Below are positions 63,979-64,000 of a DNA stretch of 64,000 bases, piece after piece. The stretch spans positions 109,120,001 to 109,184,000 of the forward strand of contig NC_043001.1 in assembly GCF_006345805.1 (NCBI RefSeq), written 5' to 3'. The notes below the pieces were generated by a model, which saw only the letters and a list, made by a program, of their open reading frames with translations, did not search any database and had not been told where the DNA came from. The translations under genes and the position numbers were made by a program. Position 1 is the stretch's first letter. Each line of letters begins with the position of its first letter. The DNA is from Octopus sinensis. Lineage: Eukaryota.

Positions 63979-64000
63979 ATATTATATATATATATATATG
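63560..64000. repeat. (TA)n-rich microsatellite
   Basis: Direct inspection. Confidence 0.97.

Overview
Very AT-rich, microsatellite-saturated eukaryotic DNA. The recurring tRNA-derived SINE families and repeat landscape look like an Octopus (cephalopod) genome; this is inferred from sequence pattern, not from a search. No host protein-coding gene can be identified with confidence, and most ORFs in the supplied track are translations of microsatellites. The window is dominated by retroelements. (1) A Penelope-like element (PLE; RT plus GIY-YIG, Neptune/Naiad-type) is folded into a ~2.8-kb inverted repeat (16366-19151), with a 9-nt reiteration at the inversion junction. (2) About ten minimal type-I hammerhead ribozyme (HHR) motifs occur in several PLE-type repeat families, including a U3:A8 covariant core and a family-level A6U core. 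(3) A tRNA-headed, HHR-bearing SINE-like element with PLE-style inverted ends is present in two copies. (4) A 5'-truncated Tx1/L1-clade LINE sits in an (ATCT)n array, and its last 41 nt match the tail of one SINE family at 34/41. (5) There are also RTE, CR1-like and R4/Dong-like LINE ends, an internally deleted mariner, a hAT-like remnant and four SINE families (my labels A-D). Two candidate Pol II promoter/first-exon islands (12.25 kb +, 49.4 kb -) and a few candidate small exons suggest the window is largely intronic or intergenic.
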